The notes below the pieces were generated by a model. It worked only from the letters and a program-made list of their open reading frames with translations, was not told the origin of the DNA and did no database searches. A DNA stretch of 64,000 bases from Octopus sinensis. Taxonomy: Eukaryota. The stretch spans positions 91,016,001 to 91,080,000 of the forward strand of contig NC_042997.1 in the NCBI RefSeq assembly GCF_006345805.1, given 5' to 3'. Both the position numbers and the translations under genes were made by a program. Positions 24,612-39,240 of this stretch are shown here, piece by piece (the stretch's first letter is position 1; every line of letters begins with the position of its first letter).

Positions 24612-27600
24612 GTGAGTAGAAAAGCACATGGTCTCTTTGGCTTTGGTACCAGCAGACATCGACTTTTAACAACAATAGCAGCTGAGGCAGCAGCAACAAC
24701 GGCTCCATCTTCTTAATAGCTGGTACATATTTCCCTTTCCCCTCTTTCCTTTTCCCTGATAACATATACAGCCGATGCACCACTGCGCACCTGCTGTTGC
24801 CTTTGCTCAGCTTTGCAACTCCCCACAACTCTCGCATTAAGCCTGCTTTGATATTCAGGTCTTTGGCTACTGCTGGTACCAGTTCTTTTTTCTGTTGTGT
24901 ATATATGTATATAAACCTTTCTGTGAGATTGATCTCACTGTCATGTTGCTAACTTGTTTGTGAAATACGAAGAACTAAACTCTTTAAGCAATAATCACAA
25001 AAGCTTTCCATTTATACACTAGTCACAAAAGCTATCGTCTGCCCCAAACCTTGTGATGAAACCCATTTCATGCTCACTTATTGTCAAAAGCTCATTCCTT
25101 TGTTGGATCTATCCATTTCTCACATAATCCCAATTTCAATATACACCGATGCATGTAAACCTGTTTGCACTTTCTTTCCATGTACACAAATGTCTTATTT
25201 TCCTGTATATTAATGTTTATTCACATCCTGCTTTCGTATATTTTGCCTTACATTGCTATACTAATGAATAAAACTCAATAAATCTACTGATCGCCTTAAT
25301 TTTTTTAATATTGATATTTCTAACCAGTTTCTTGATTGAACTGAATATTTAGTCAGACTAATAATCTCAATTCATATGATTTTCGTGCTATAAATATTTT
25401 CTCTATACAATTTCTGCAGATCCTGATTTCAACATCCCATCGTTAGGTTAGAAATGTAACCTGTTAAAAATCGTGCTATTTGATCTGTACTAAAATTTAC
25501 CACTTGACAGTCGATAATATATTAGTTAATGTTTCAAAGAAAACTATGAGTGATGTGGACAAAAATAAACTCTACTCGATACTAAAGTTTGCATCGCCTA
25601 TGTATTTCAAGATTTTTTTGGTAAATTTTCCTGGTTACATGCATGTGTTTGTATATGATATATGTGTATAATGTCTGCGCCCCTGTTTGCGTTTGTGAGC
25701 AGCTAATTATTATAATTTAAATTTTCTGTGCATTAATTGCCGATTTGTAGGAGGTGTTTTTGAAAGAGAGGCAACCGACTTATTGCTTCCTGTTTGTTTA
25801 TAAATCTATTAGTCTCACTCTGGCATGTGTCTTATGCCTCCTCATGGTGTTGGCACTATTTGCAGACGCACCTCTCTCTCCCTCCCTTCTCTAAAAAGCA
25901 TAATCAGAAATCTAAAAATACTTTTAGTGGTTGTCCACAGGTAATTTTTTTTTTAATATATTAGAAACGCACATATATTTTCTGGATAAAATACCAAGTT
26001 ATACTTGATTGTTAGCATTAAAATATATTTACTGTTGAAACTATCAACGTTGTTTGGTATTTTTGATAACTGTTTCGGTGCTTGGGTGGACAGAATATTA
26101 GTTTCAAATCATCCCATACCCCCTTTCAGAGAATGTATTGTCTATAAACAAGTCGTGAATAGGACACGATCCCTCAAACTTCGAATTACACTATTCATTG
26201 ACACAAATGATGATCGTTATTAACCAGCTATGACACTTCCATAGTTTATGTCACTGTTATATTGTTTTGATTCATTAGCACCTTATTTTGTGTGCATGTA
26301 GCCCACAATGAGTCTCAACAAATGGAATAAGATTTTGTTGATGTTTTGTTTAATTGTTCTAATAAAATTTACGTTGTAATAATGCCTAGTGTTGTGTGTG
26401 TATATATGCGTGTGCGCAGGTGGAATTTCCTTTTCATGTTACATCATAAAGGAAGGGACAAAGTCTTAATATAAGACTGAAGGAAATGTCAGCTCGACCT
26501 TGTTTGTTTGGCATTGAAATCTTGACCTTTTAATAATTCCCTACATGAGTGATTATTTAAATTAGCTGCTTTGATACACTGGAGAACTTGCTGAGAATGG
26601 TCTTGAAAATTCATGTGTATCAAATTAAGACTCCAAGGAAATAAACTTTTGAAATCTGGTAATCGAAATTTATGTCACAAGAAATTTATTCTCACTTTCT
26701 TTGTCATACATTTTGCAGTCAAAGACTAACTCCGAAATCGATTTTAATCTCAGTTTACTCTTTTGCTCTCTGGCAACAGTCTGTTTATTAAACAAATGGG
26801 CAGGTAATATTGGGTACGTCAGCTTGGAGACAGTTTCAGTGTCTTGTAAGAATTTAATTTACTTTCAATGGCTATAGAATATGTTCTCAATTTCAGTACT
26901 CAGTTATGACTACTTCAATTGTTAAACCATCAAAATCCTTGAGAAAGACATCAGTGTCACAAATTTCCGGGTTTTTTAAGGTGCTTTGACTCTGCAAGAA
27001 ATCATTTATGGAATTCATCACAAACACACACAGTTTTAAATACTTGGCAAATGCTTCTTAAGAAGAGGTATAAAAGCCACAATATTACATTTTTGACTCA
27101 CATATACGAATTACAAATTCATATATGTATATATATATGAATTTGTAATTCGTATATGTGAAGTATATTATAAATATTATTTATTTTCAAGTTTGTTGAA
27201 GTCAGATTTTAGGGGATCATATAATTTTATGATATAAGAATGTCAAAATCTGTAAAAGATGGCAGCATAACAAATCATTTAAAGAAATAAACTTTATTTT
27301 TGTACTGACTATTTTTCTTGGTAGAATAGAATTTCCTAATTGTTTGTATTATTGGGCTTTAATCCTGGTTAAAGGATTGCTTATAGAAATATGATATTTT
27401 GAAAATGGTAGGCTGAATGGAGAAAAAGAAAGTGAAAAGAAACAATGAGGTGAAGATGAATGCTGTTTTATTATTTTTTTATATGGCTTAGAGGAGACAG
27501 GGCAGTGAATGACCATGACCTTTTGCAGTCTCCAAGACTTGATGGAGGAAAGGGAGAATAAACCACATCTTATGTGTTGCTGCAGTAGGAAGCAACACAC

Positions 27601-28670
27601 AAGTATACTGAGTTATCCTTGGACTAGAGACCTAGTCTGAATATTTGCAACATAGTGGATCCCTCTAAAGGTACTCAGAGTCAAATGATTTAAATCCACT
27701 ACCCAAGAACAGGTACAGTCTATGTGACAGATTTCTGTTTTCCACAGGATGTGTTCAGATTGTTGATTTTTAAAAAAATACTAAAACAGTTTGATACAAT
27801 GCCTCTGAAAAAATTTGCAAGACAGAATGAGATTACTTTGAGTTTTGTGGGATGGGTTGAACTATCAAAATTCAAGGGATTGTACAGTCTTAAAGGTTTT
27901 TTTTTTTGAAGGGGCCTATCAGATACATATGTGCCTCTCTAGTGATTGAATTCTGCACCCAGCTCTTATAAGTGCTAACTATATTTGAAGAGTCTTATAT
28001 TTATGATCTAGTATGTAGGATGCAGGGCATCTTACAATTCGTAGTAAACAAGCATGCAAAGAAACTACCTAGCCATTCCTATCTCATAAATATATTGTAT
28101 ATAGCTCTTGAATGACTTTTAAAAGTTGGTGTTTAGTTCTGATGTCATGGTGTTAAATAGATGGAAGATAAAATCTGGGTAATCCACTGTCTAAAATCAT
28201 TAGGATGAAAATATATTCTGTTTGTCATAGTTTGTGTTTAGCCTTAGACCTTAAACAATATCCTTTCATCTAATAAAATTCTTTACTATATTTTCCATAT
28301 TGTTTCATTACTAACAACTTCTTAACCCATTGGGTTGCTAGTGAATCTTAAGTGGTTTCCTGTTACTTATCTTTGTGTTAAGTGATGCTCTGTCAGCTGA
28401 TTAAAACTTGTCAGATATACAATGCTATAATCAACTTTTAGACTTGGTGAATTTAGGCATTCAGATTAAATTTTTTTTTTATGTCTGTGCTGGTGATGGG
28501 GTATGAATGAACTCAATAATCTCATTGGCCAATGGCCTAGTATCCTAATAGTTTGACCAGTTGTAGCTCTCAGTTATAACAAAAGGTGAACTTAAATGTT
28601 CAACAATTATATTTTCTGCTTGTAATGTCTCTTGTTCTTTTTTCTTTCTTTTTCTCTCTCTTCTGTGCAG

Positions 28671-28863
28671 GGGAAGATATCGATCAAGCTAAATTCAACT
28701 TTTATGAACAAATTCAAACTTCACCACCACCACCACCGCCACCACCACCACCACCTCCTCCACCATCATCATCGTCATCTTCAGTTAGTTCACCACCACA
28801 CATAGATAATGCTAACAAATCACCAGGTTCAGAAGATAAAGCTGACAAAAGACGTGCTGGCGG
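28671..28863 (+). CDS. MNT: MNT coding exon 2 (poly-Pro/Ser linker)
   Basis: Long polypyrimidine tract + TGCAG acceptor at 28670. The phase-1 join gives G-EDIDQAKFNFYEQIQTS-P14-S6-VSSPPHIDNANKSPGSEDKADKRRAG-G. Donor GG|GTAAGT at 28864; 193 nt, ends in phase 2. Confidence 0.9.
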
Positions 28864-29005
28864 GTAAGTAAACAACATTGATTTTTTCATTTTTTACTGA
28901 TCCTCTTCACCATTTCTTAAGTAAAGGTAAGATTTACAGTTGCTTTAACAGTGCTATCCTGCCATAAGACTAAAATTCATGGGAAAATTGAATTGAATCA
29001 TAATT

Positions 29006-31025
29006 GCAGCCATGACTATAGTAAAAAGTTTGCTTCCCAATCACATGGTTCTGGGTTCAGTGCCATTTCATAGCACCTTGGGCAAGTGTCTTCTGCTATA
29101 ACCCCAGGCTGACCAAAGCTTTGTGGGTGGATGGAATCTAAAAGAAACCTATTGTATATATATGTATGTATATAACTACATGGGTGTGTGTGTTTTTTTG
29201 TTTGTTCCCCACCACAGCTTTGATAACTACTATTGGTTTATGTCCTTGTAACTTAGTGGTTCAGCAAAAGACTAACAGAATAGGTACTGGCTTTAAAAAA
29301 TAAGCACTGCAATCGATTTATTTGACTAAAACCTTTCAAGGTGGTGACTGCAATCCAATGACTGAAACAAGTAAAAGATAAAAGATAACTATACAGAAGT
29401 AGTATCTTTACTACTGAGATTAAGCTTAACGGCATTTTTACTTAGTTACAAAGTATTAGTATTGATAAATAGTTATATGGATGGTATCTTAGAAGAATAA
29501 AATGTCAATGAAGGTTAATTGAATAAAATCAGATGCTTAACCTGACATACACAGTGGAACCAAAAGATTGTATTTAAGAAATGCCTTTGTTGATTGAATA
29601 GGATCCTTGACTAAGTCTGTTTATTTTATATTGTCATAAGTGCAGTTTCTTTGGGCAATAATACACTTTCTTTTAAAATTTATTTTGTTATGTTGGAATA
29701 AGTTAGACGTGTTTTGTCATTCAATATATTTCCTGTAGTCTTGATCTTATATCACTGTCTCTAATCTAACATTTTCATGCTTTGTCTAACAACTAACTTT
29801 CAAGTTTTGCTGGCCTAACTTTTAGGAAGCTGTTATTGTCAATCTTACCAGATTTCCCCCAGAATGTATAATTTATTTGCAATCTGTTTGGTTAAAAACT
29901 AGGAAATGAAACGTGAGAGAGAGGATAGATTATGTTTAAGAGACTTTCACACACCCTCAACTTTTTCTCATTTATGAAATTATAAATAATTTGAAATACC
30001 TAAGGAATGAAAAGAAATATCTTTCAGGTTTAAGTGAACTTTTCTTCTACTCACTTCATTTTTTTTTATTCTGTTGCTTTTCTGTTATGAAATTTGTCTT
30101 TGCTCAGTCCTAACACTGAATTTTGACTATCAGAAATTCTAAAAATATTTCTCTTATTTGTTATATGATAACAAATACCACACCACTTAACATGTCACAT
30201 GCACTTCCTGTATACTCTTCCATATCCATCTGTCTGTATATATGTATGTGTATGTATATGTATGCATTATTCCAGTTTCATTTCTGCACAAGGCACAGAA
30301 GTTCCTGTGTGGTTAAGAAGGTTGCTTCTCAACCATGTGGTCTTGGGTTCAGTTCCACTGTTTGACATTTTGGACAAGTGTCTTCTACTATAGCGCTGAG
30401 CTGATAAAATCCTTGTGAGTAAATTTGGCTGGCAGAAACTGAAAGAAGCACATTGTGTGTGTGTGTTTGTGTTTATTTCCCATCATCACTTGACAACCAG
30501 TGTTGGTTTGTTTATGTCCCTATAATTTACTGGCTTAGCAAAAGAGACCACTAGAATAAGTGTAAGGCTTAAAAATAATTACTTGGGTTGATTTGTCTGA
30601 CAAAACCCTTCAAGATAGTTCCCCAACATGGCCACAAGTGAAAAATAAAAGATGGTGATAATTGGTTATGAATCTGTACAACTTTTTAATGTCTTTTCTA
30701 TCAACTACTCTTTCTGGCCAAGTCAATGTGCTGGAGATTGTCTATATATCCTACTGATTGCTTTACATTTGACTAAATAAGAACTGAACCAGGTGTGTGC
30801 TTTGGGGCATATTCATTTGTATAAAAACTAAATTTGGAAGTTAAAAAAAAAATGTGTATGACATTGAGGTAGATACAGGTGTCGTTGTGTGATTAAAAAT
30901 TTACTTCTTCAGCCATATGGTTTCCAGTTCAGTCCCCATAGTGTGGAACCTGGGTCAAGTAGGCTCAGGTTGATCAAAACCTTCTGAATGGATTTTGTTG
31001 ACAGAAACTGAAAGAAGCCCGTATA
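29006..31025 (+). mobile_element. Major SINE copies (29006-29387, 30292-30652, partial 30875-31025)
   Basis: Same head, body and tail motifs as the 4902 copy. Confidence 0.8.
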
Positions 31026-33854
31026 TATATATCACCATTTTCCATGTTGACATGGGTTGGACAGTTTGACTGGAGCTGGCAAGCCTGAGGACTGCACCAA
31101 GCTCTATTATCTGCTTTGGTATGGTTTCTAGAGTTGGATGTCCTTCCTAATGCCAACCACTTTACTAAATGTACTGGATGCTTTTCATGTGGCACCATCA
31201 AAGTCACCAAGTAATTTGCAAGACAAGATCCATTTGATTCAGTTGCCAGCATGTTATAATCACTACCTCACAGATCTGTGGCCCTACTTTTCTGAATTAC
31301 CTAGTGGAAAACTCTTAACCTAACCCATGTCTTTTCTTTTTGCCATCCACACTGAATCACCTCTTAGGTACGACACTGAACATTTTCCCATTCCTTCTCC
31401 CAAACCGCAACAGTCTATTCTCCCTCCTCACCCTTGCTTTTCCTGCAAATATTGACATACAAATGTTCAAATTAAACAACAATTGCATCAATCTTATAAA
31501 ACTTGGGGAGTCCTCAAAACACATAGATATACCCCTCCTCCTCTGAGTTTACCTGTTGCACTTAATTTGATCACATAGAGCAGTTGTGATAATCAGTTTA
31601 CATAACACTCAACCCAAAGTTTTAGTTCAAGAGTTTTCTCTTTTAAGTTTCTTTCCTTGACACTCAAACTCATTAAACAGGTATAATTTTTTTGTCATTT
31701 TTACAGCAATTAGGAACCTTGAGAGTGTTAACATCGAGTGAATTATTATTAATAAAGTTAATTTCAAATGTATTTCATTTTATAGCTCTCTAATTTGATA
31801 TGTATTCATTAAAGCAAGATACCTCTGCCTTTGCAACTGTGCAACAGGCTCTACTCATGAACAGCATCTAATTTGATACAGGCTATATCTGTCTACATAT
31901 CTGTTTTTCATTTATTTCCATGAGAAAAAAATTGTTGGTTTTCATTTCAAAATATTTGTTTTCCTTTTTCAATTTTTTATAGGATTTAAAAAAGATTTGT
32001 ATCACTATATGCTTTGAAAATTTTTTAATGTGTTGGAAAATTGTTTTCATTAATAAAAAGAGAATGTTTGATTTGTTATAAAATTAACTTTCATTTGTAA
32101 ATTTTAAAATTCAAATGTTTTCCATTGAAAGATGGCAGCAGTAAGATTGTGTTGATATGACTGTCTTTATAATCTGTTCACTCTTATCTATTGGTTTAGT
32201 TTATTGATTGCTGAGGTCCTCTTAAAAATATATTGGTTTGGAGTATAAAAGGAATTAGTATATTTGTTGGTGGCTCAAACTCTTGATGGTCTTATTCTTA
32301 ATTATTCTGTAGATAAAGAAATGATGAATTTTCTTGTGGCTTAGCTATTGTTTGATTAGAGGGATTATCCCAATTTTTGTTCATTGGCTATTCAGGTTAC
32401 TATCATGCAGCTGCTGCTGTCTTTGGAAGGAGTGGAGATGTCTCTATAGTTACCTTTGTCAATTCACTGAACAAGCTTAGATTATAAAATCATATCTGAT
32501 TCTTTATACTTTGAGGAAGTTATAGTTTTTGTGTTGTTTGTAGTAGTTTGAAAGTTCATATTTCATTTGCATATTAGAGTGTATTGAGTATATGAGCTAA
32601 AACATTAATAAGCATGTCAAAATTCACACTTGTTAATAGCAAGTTTAAAACATGACTCTGGTTTAACTCATTAGCATTTAAACTTGCCAAATCCAATCTA
32701 AATATTCTACTTGTTTTATGTTCAAACTGATCAGATCCAGCATATCACACCTATCCTACAATGTCATTCTAAAAATATACAATCACATCATTGAAATCTT
32801 GAAGTGATGAGATAATGCATGAATAATTGAAATCAATGTGAATAAATAAGCATTACGTTTGACTGAGAAATATTAATACTAAAGGGTTAAATCCTATTTA
32901 GATCAACTTAATTTTCCACTAACCTGGAATTTATTCCATAAGTTTATTTTTGTGTCTGTTTTTCCAAGCTTGCATGGGTTAGGTAAATTTGTTATTGGGG
33001 CAGTATTTTGCAATGAAATGCCCTTCTAGTCATTAAAACTGTACCTGCTTTTTCAAGTAACTGACCTTATTTCATGTGGCTTTGAAGGTTTGAAAAGAAC
33101 AATTAGTTGACAAGAGAACTGACAACGACACTGCTTGTGCATTACAAATTTCCACTGAAGAAGGCAAGCTGTAAACAGACACAGAAGACACACACACTCA
33201 TACATACAATGATCTTCTTTCAGTTTCCATCTGCTAAATTCACTCGCAAGGCTTTGGTCAGCTTTGGGCTATAGTAGAAGACACCCAAGGTGTTACATGG
33301 TGTGACTAAACCCCAAATCATATGGCTGGGAAGTAAAATAAACCACATGGCCATGCCTTTGTTAAAATAAAACTGAATCAACCAAAATGGGTGTTGTTGT
33401 TAGTGTTTCACCCTAGGTCAGCCTTGATTGAGTAGACCTATGATCAAAGGTATTCCAGTTGTGGCCATCTCATCTTTTTCCTATATACAGGGAACCCAAG
33501 ACAACATCTGACAGGCCTTTTTTAAAAGATGGCAGGATGTTATCTGCAGTATATTTCTGGTGGATTTCACATGTATATTTTTCCTTGTTGGCTTAAAACA
33601 AAATGGGAATGGGGAATTACTGAGGTGATGAAGTGTGTAACAACTAGTTATTCATTGTAACTTAAGACTTTAGTATTTTATTGCCTTGAATTCTAATTCT
33701 GCCAGAACACTGAGGAACTAAATGAAAAGACATCTGGCTATTGAAAAATTGCTGCTCTAATGTATTTATGAATAATAACGATGATGACAATGATTTGGAT
33801 GATAAATAAAATTGTAACCTGGTTAATAGGCCGAGAAATGAAAACTTGGTAATA

Positions 33855-34847
33855 CTGGGTGAGGCATAGAGGATGGATGTTTTTGAAAAATTCACAAGAT
33901 CACTAATTTTAGCTGCTGACAAATTTTATTGCCATCAATGTGTTTGTATTGAATTAGCATTTGTCATAATCAAGTGTGGAAAACAACATCCATCATGTGG
34001 TGTCTGTTTTCATTAGTGCATTTCTGAAGGCGTTCTTGGAAATTGGCCTCCACTCTCTCCAGCATTCCTCTGTTGATTTGGGTGTCTTCCACACAAATAG
34101 CTTCCTTCAAATCATCCAATGTACAGGGCTTAAGCGCATACACACGTGCCTTGAAGTTTCCCCACTAGAAATAATCACACATAGACAAATCAAGGGACTG
34201 AGAGGGTCAAGCAAACCTGGAATGAGGTGGTCACCTAAGAGAGGGTGAAAAACGTCCATTGATGCTCTGGCTGTGTGGGCCATCACCCCATCCTGCTGAA
34301 ACCACACATGTTGAATAGGCATATATTTTCATAATTCAGGCATAAAGAAGTTGTTTATCATCTCAATGTAATGCTCGGAGTTCACAGAAACAGCTTTTCC
34401 ATTATTGTCTTCAAAAAAGTAAGGGCTAACAACGGCAGCTTTTCCAACAGTACACCAGACCATCACTTTTGGGCTGTGCAGTTCTCTCAGATTTTCAAGA
34501 GCCCAATAATGACATGCCACTGAAATGAAAATGAACTTTATCACTCATTTACAAAATGAAGTTGTCATTTTCCTCAAAAATTGCTTCCATCTAATGTGTG
34601 AAGTTAAGCCACTGTGTATAGTCCCATGGTTTCAATTGTTGCCCAACGACCAATTTGTATGGGTGGAAATGCAGGTCTTCATGTAAAATATGCCTTACTG
34701 ATCGATTACCAATGCCAAGTTCAGTGGAATGCCTCCAAGCAAAGCTAAGATACCAAAGACTGAATGGTACCTGTCAAACATATGTCCCTCCCCCTGGGGC
34801 TGAGTAATAGCCATTTCAAAAACATCCATCCTCTCTGCCCCGTCCTG
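33855..34847 (-). mobile_element. Internally deleted Tc1/mariner element in MNT intron 2
   Basis: TA-flanked TIRs sharing GGCAnAGAGGATGGATGTTTTTGAAA. Minus-strand ORF pieces encode HSPKVMVWC...PYFFED...VNSEHYIEMINNFFMPEL and WFQQDGVMAHTARAS. Confidence 0.88.
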
Positions 34848-36295
34848 TATATTAGTTTCTGATTGTTTCTATCATCTTATATCCTTTTTATTCTTTTACT
34901 GGTTTCAACCAGAGGCTTTGGTCATACTAGAGCACTTCATTAAATATGTAGATTTATCTAGTTGAATTATGCAGTCGCACTGTATGCATACAGTAATGGA
35001 TCTCCATTGGTTTCAATGACTAGTATTCAATTATTTGATCAGCTAAACTACCTGCTTATTGAATAAGCATGTGAGTGGCTGGGTGTTCCACAAACACGTT
35101 TACTCTTAACCCTTTTATTACCATATTTCTATTGAGATGCTCTATGTTTCTTTCAATTAATTTTAAATATAACAAAGAATTTAGTAAAATAACTTAACTA
35201 GTGTTAGGAAATTGTAACTAAGGTTTGGTGGAAGATTTTAATTCAGGACTTTTGAAAACAAGACATTTGTACTACAAAGCCAGAGGCGGTTTTAGGCTGG
35301 TTGGTATCAAAAGGGTTAATATACTTCATAGGTTGAATCAGCATGACAGAGTATATGACAAGGCCGGGCCTTTGAATTATGGGCTCCATCTCATGAGCTC
35401 CTTATAGTTTTGTTTACCCAGTTTTACTTGGTTTGGGTTTACCTCAAAGGTATGGCTAAAAGACATTTGCCCAAGGTGCCATGCAGTTTGATTGAACTTG
35501 AAATGTTGTAAGAGTGAAGCAGACTTCTTTAGCATTTAGCTTTATTATGTCCATGTGATGCTTCATATTTGGTACCTAGTTTGGTAAACTATTTATTGTT
35601 AAAATACCACAAGAGTCTACTTCATCTTTCACCTTTTCAGTGTCAATAAAATATAAATGTGTAATAAAGGTCAAATATCATTTTTCTCACTTCTCAGAAA
35701 GAGTTTCATTCTGAAGCAAAAGAAATCCTAGCAAACCTGATGAGATGTTATTTGTTTACTCATTGTTTTATTTCCCTAATTAGTTCTACTAACAATTAAA
35801 GACTTAATAGATCATGTGATTCATGATTATATTAATACAGATAATTAACATTATTAGTAGACCGTTAACTGAAAGTAAGCCATCTTGAAATATGAATTTT
35901 ATATAGTTTCCAAGAGATTCTGGTATCAGCTAAATGATAGAGTTGAAATTCTGTTATAAACCGTTTATACTTAGAGTTGATATCTTGATAGAAAAGATTC
36001 TTTGGTTTAGTAGCTATCTTTTAGAAACTGAATTTTGTGTATGTAACCAATGTTTATTGCATGAAGCATTAATGACTAATCTGTTTACATTATGTAAATA
36101 AATCCTCTTGTTGAATTAGTTTAATATTTTCTCTGCTCAAATGTTAAATATTTAGCTCTTAATGACTAATTACAATTTTATTTATTTATTTTTTTGGGGG
36201 GAATATTTTTTTTATTACTTAGCTATTTATTTATTTATTTATTTAATGTTTTATAAAAATATTTCTTTTACTTAATTTGCTACTGTTAATTTCAG

Positions 36296-36337
36296 GGCTG
36301 GAACACGTGAGGTTCACAACAAATTGGAAAAAAATAG
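36296..36337 (+). CDS. MNT: MNT coding exon 3 (basic region)
   Basis: TTTCAG acceptor; reads (G)AGTREVHNKLEKN(R), the MNT basic region. Donor AG|GTAATA; 42 nt, phase 2 to phase 2. Confidence 0.95.
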
Positions 36338-38064
36338 GTAATATCTGAATTTATGTGTACATGAAATCTAATTTTGTTTTATAATAATTTAAAAATTTAT
36401 TTTATATTATTTTTATTTATTTTGTAATATCTTCCAAGGAACCAACCTCTGAAATATCTCTTTTTAGTCTTTTTATTTTGCTTGTCTGCGATAGAAAAAA
36501 AGTATCTGTATATGTTCAGAAATTAAGCACTTCATTTTTTTTGCTTCCATTTTATTATGAATTGGCTCATTTTTCTTTTTATGCCAACTTTTTTCACATT
36601 AGTATAATCCTATCATACAAAACACAAATATTTGGGTACTTATAAATAATAGTTGTTTCAAAGATTATAATTCTGTTTCATTTAGATATGTATTATTTCC
36701 TTGGTAAAATCAAGGCTGTGAAGTAAGTACAAAGATCTTCAAGTCCAATTCTGACAGGTCAATTTATAGTATCTTACACTGTCTCCAATTTCAAACCCTC
36801 TATTTTAATTAGACCACTGATATAATCATCAGGCTGCATTTTAGGTCCCTCACCTATTGACATTTAATCTTAAAAGGCAAGAGTTATGCCTTTGGGACTT
36901 TTAACACTTTCATTACCATTAAAACACACTGCCTTCATTTCAATTAGTTTTGAAATTAATGAATTTAGGAAAATATTTTTGAAATGATTAATCTGGTGAC
37001 TGAAACTTAAATTAGCAAATAAAAACAGTAAATACTTAATCCTTTAGCTTTCAGATTCATCTGTCAAATGTAATGCTTATGTATTCACATTAAAAAAAAT
37101 TAATCATGCATTATCTCATAGTTTTGAGATTTTGATAGTATTGTTTATTTTTAGGATGACATTGTTGGGTAAGTAAGAAAGGCTGGATCTATGGAATAGG
37201 GGTTAAAACAAAAATCAAAAATGTGTTAAGATTTTGTTTGCTGAAGAAAAAATTCTTGTATGTGATCTTGTTTCATACAAACTCCTGAAATGCATTTGAT
37301 GTTACATTTTATATATCGTCAAAATGAAGTTAGTTCAGTTTTATGCAAATCCATTAACCCAATAATTACTTCAGGCTTTGACACCATGAGGGAGAGAGAG
37401 AGAGAGAGATGTACTTACATGTATATGCATACATATACATGCAAGTACATATCTGTGCATGTTTATATATATAATCTGTATTTATGTGTATGTAAATATC
37501 TTTACATCAATATGGCGAAAATATATATGTATATACCTACCTGCATGTGTGTGCGTATGTAAATGTATAGTTAAATATGTACATACACATGTTTGTATGT
37601 ATGCTTACATATGAATTTTTATATGTGTGTGCACATATAAATACAACTGTATAAAAATATGTATGTATGTGTGTGTACACACATATACACATGTATGTAG
37701 TGGACATGTACTGTTTCATTTCTGCTTGTCTGTTTATTCCCGGGCAATTTTTATGCTTTTTATGCTGTTGATACTGCCAGATTGAGAGTACTGACCAGGT
37801 GTTGAAACCATAGTGATATCTATTAAGCAGCTGAGGATGGGCATATATATTTCATATACTTGTTGTCTGTCAATCTTTTTTATCTTAGGTCTTGATATTT
37901 TGAATTGCCCTTCATTCTCATCAGGTTGAAATTGTTAAAGGGTTCATGGTATATGGTAGTTTTGTTCTTAGTTTTATTATATATTGATATTATATGATTA
38001 CATGATAGCTTCATTGGTAGTTTTATTATGCTAGGATATTAAAATCTTTCTAGTTTTATGGTTA

Positions 38065-38065
<1 letters not shown>

Positions 38066-38115
<50 letters not shown>

Positions 38116-38138
38116 ATATATATATATATATATATATA
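38066..38138. repeat. Compound (TATC)n(TA)n microsatellite. Many other (TA)n/(CA)n/(GA)n tracts, e.g. 10035-10080, 13978-14050, 22965-22990 and 54557-54604
   Basis: Directly visible simple repeats. Confidence 0.95.
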
Positions 38139-38145
38139 TTACTTT

Positions 38146-39240
38146 TTTTTGTTGGGAAGAAAGTAATTTTGGTTTTTTAGTGTGAAATAAAAGTCATTTT
38201 TTTTTCATGCAAAGAATGAACTTTAATCAATTATATATTTTCCATTTTGTTTTAATGACTTTTTGCCATCTTTCTATCAACTTCATGATTCCGTGCTCAT
38301 AAAACTTCTGGTCCTTATCAGCCAAAAACTGAAGTAAGTGCGATTTCAGATCATCATCATTATTGAAAGTTTTATCATTCAAAGAATTTTGCAAACTTCG
38401 AAGTAAATAGTAATCTGTAATGGTGCAAGGTCAGGGCTATATTGTGGATGTGACATCACTTCCCAACCAAGCTCCAATAATTTTTCATGAGTAGCAAAGA
38501 CATGTGTGGTCTAGCGTTATCATGGTGGAACACGTTGCCTTTGTGATTTGCCAGTTCTAGCCATTTTTCTTTGATTGCTTCCTCCAGTTTCATTAGTTGT
38601 TGACAGCAACATCTAAATTGATCATTTGGTTCCTTGGAAGCAGCTCAAAATGCACAACACCTTTGTAATCCCACCAAATTGACAGCATGACCTCTTTTTG
38701 ATACAATTCAACTTTTAGTGTGGTTTGTGCTGGTTCATTACGCTTGGACCATGATTGTTTTCAATTGATGTTATTGTAGACAATCCAGTTTTACAATTGT
38801 TGTGTGTGATACATTTCACCTCTCTGCAATCTTTCACACAGTTATATGAATATGAGATTGAATTATGGCTTTGGTTTAGTCATCATCAAGTTCAGTAGGT
38901 CGACCAGAATGGAATTTTTAAAACTATTTCTGACATGTGCATTCTGTTACGCAATCAACACCATAAACTTCACATATCTCTTTGTGAGTCTCAGCAGCTT
39001 TCTTGCCTTTACAGAAAGAAAAAAGCAAAATATGGCGAAAATGTTCGTTTTTGCACTCCATATTAAAATTGACATTGAACTAATAGCTGTAAACAAAACC
39101 GCACACAATATGCTTCTAAAGTAAGCTGAAAGTATCAATTGCCAAAAGTAAAAAAAAATCATAACATTGACAAAAGTCATTCGCAAAGATCATAATTCTA
39201 TCTATTTGCGTAAAATGAAATTACTTTCCTGCCAATCCAA
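38146..39240 (-). mobile_element. Mariner element relic in MNT intron 3
   Basis: The right TIR reverse-complements to TTGGATTGGCAGGAAAGTAATT; the left TIR is degenerate. The minus strand from ATG 39061 reads MECKNEHFRHILLF...AAETHKEICEVYG, then after a deletion VMLSIWWDYKGVVHFELL, HHDNARPH and HPQYSPDLAP. Confidence 0.9.

Noticed and set aside
24577-24837. 86-aa minus-strand ORF overlapping MNT exon 1
   Set aside because: No recognisable domain; it overlaps a real exon and donor on the other strand.
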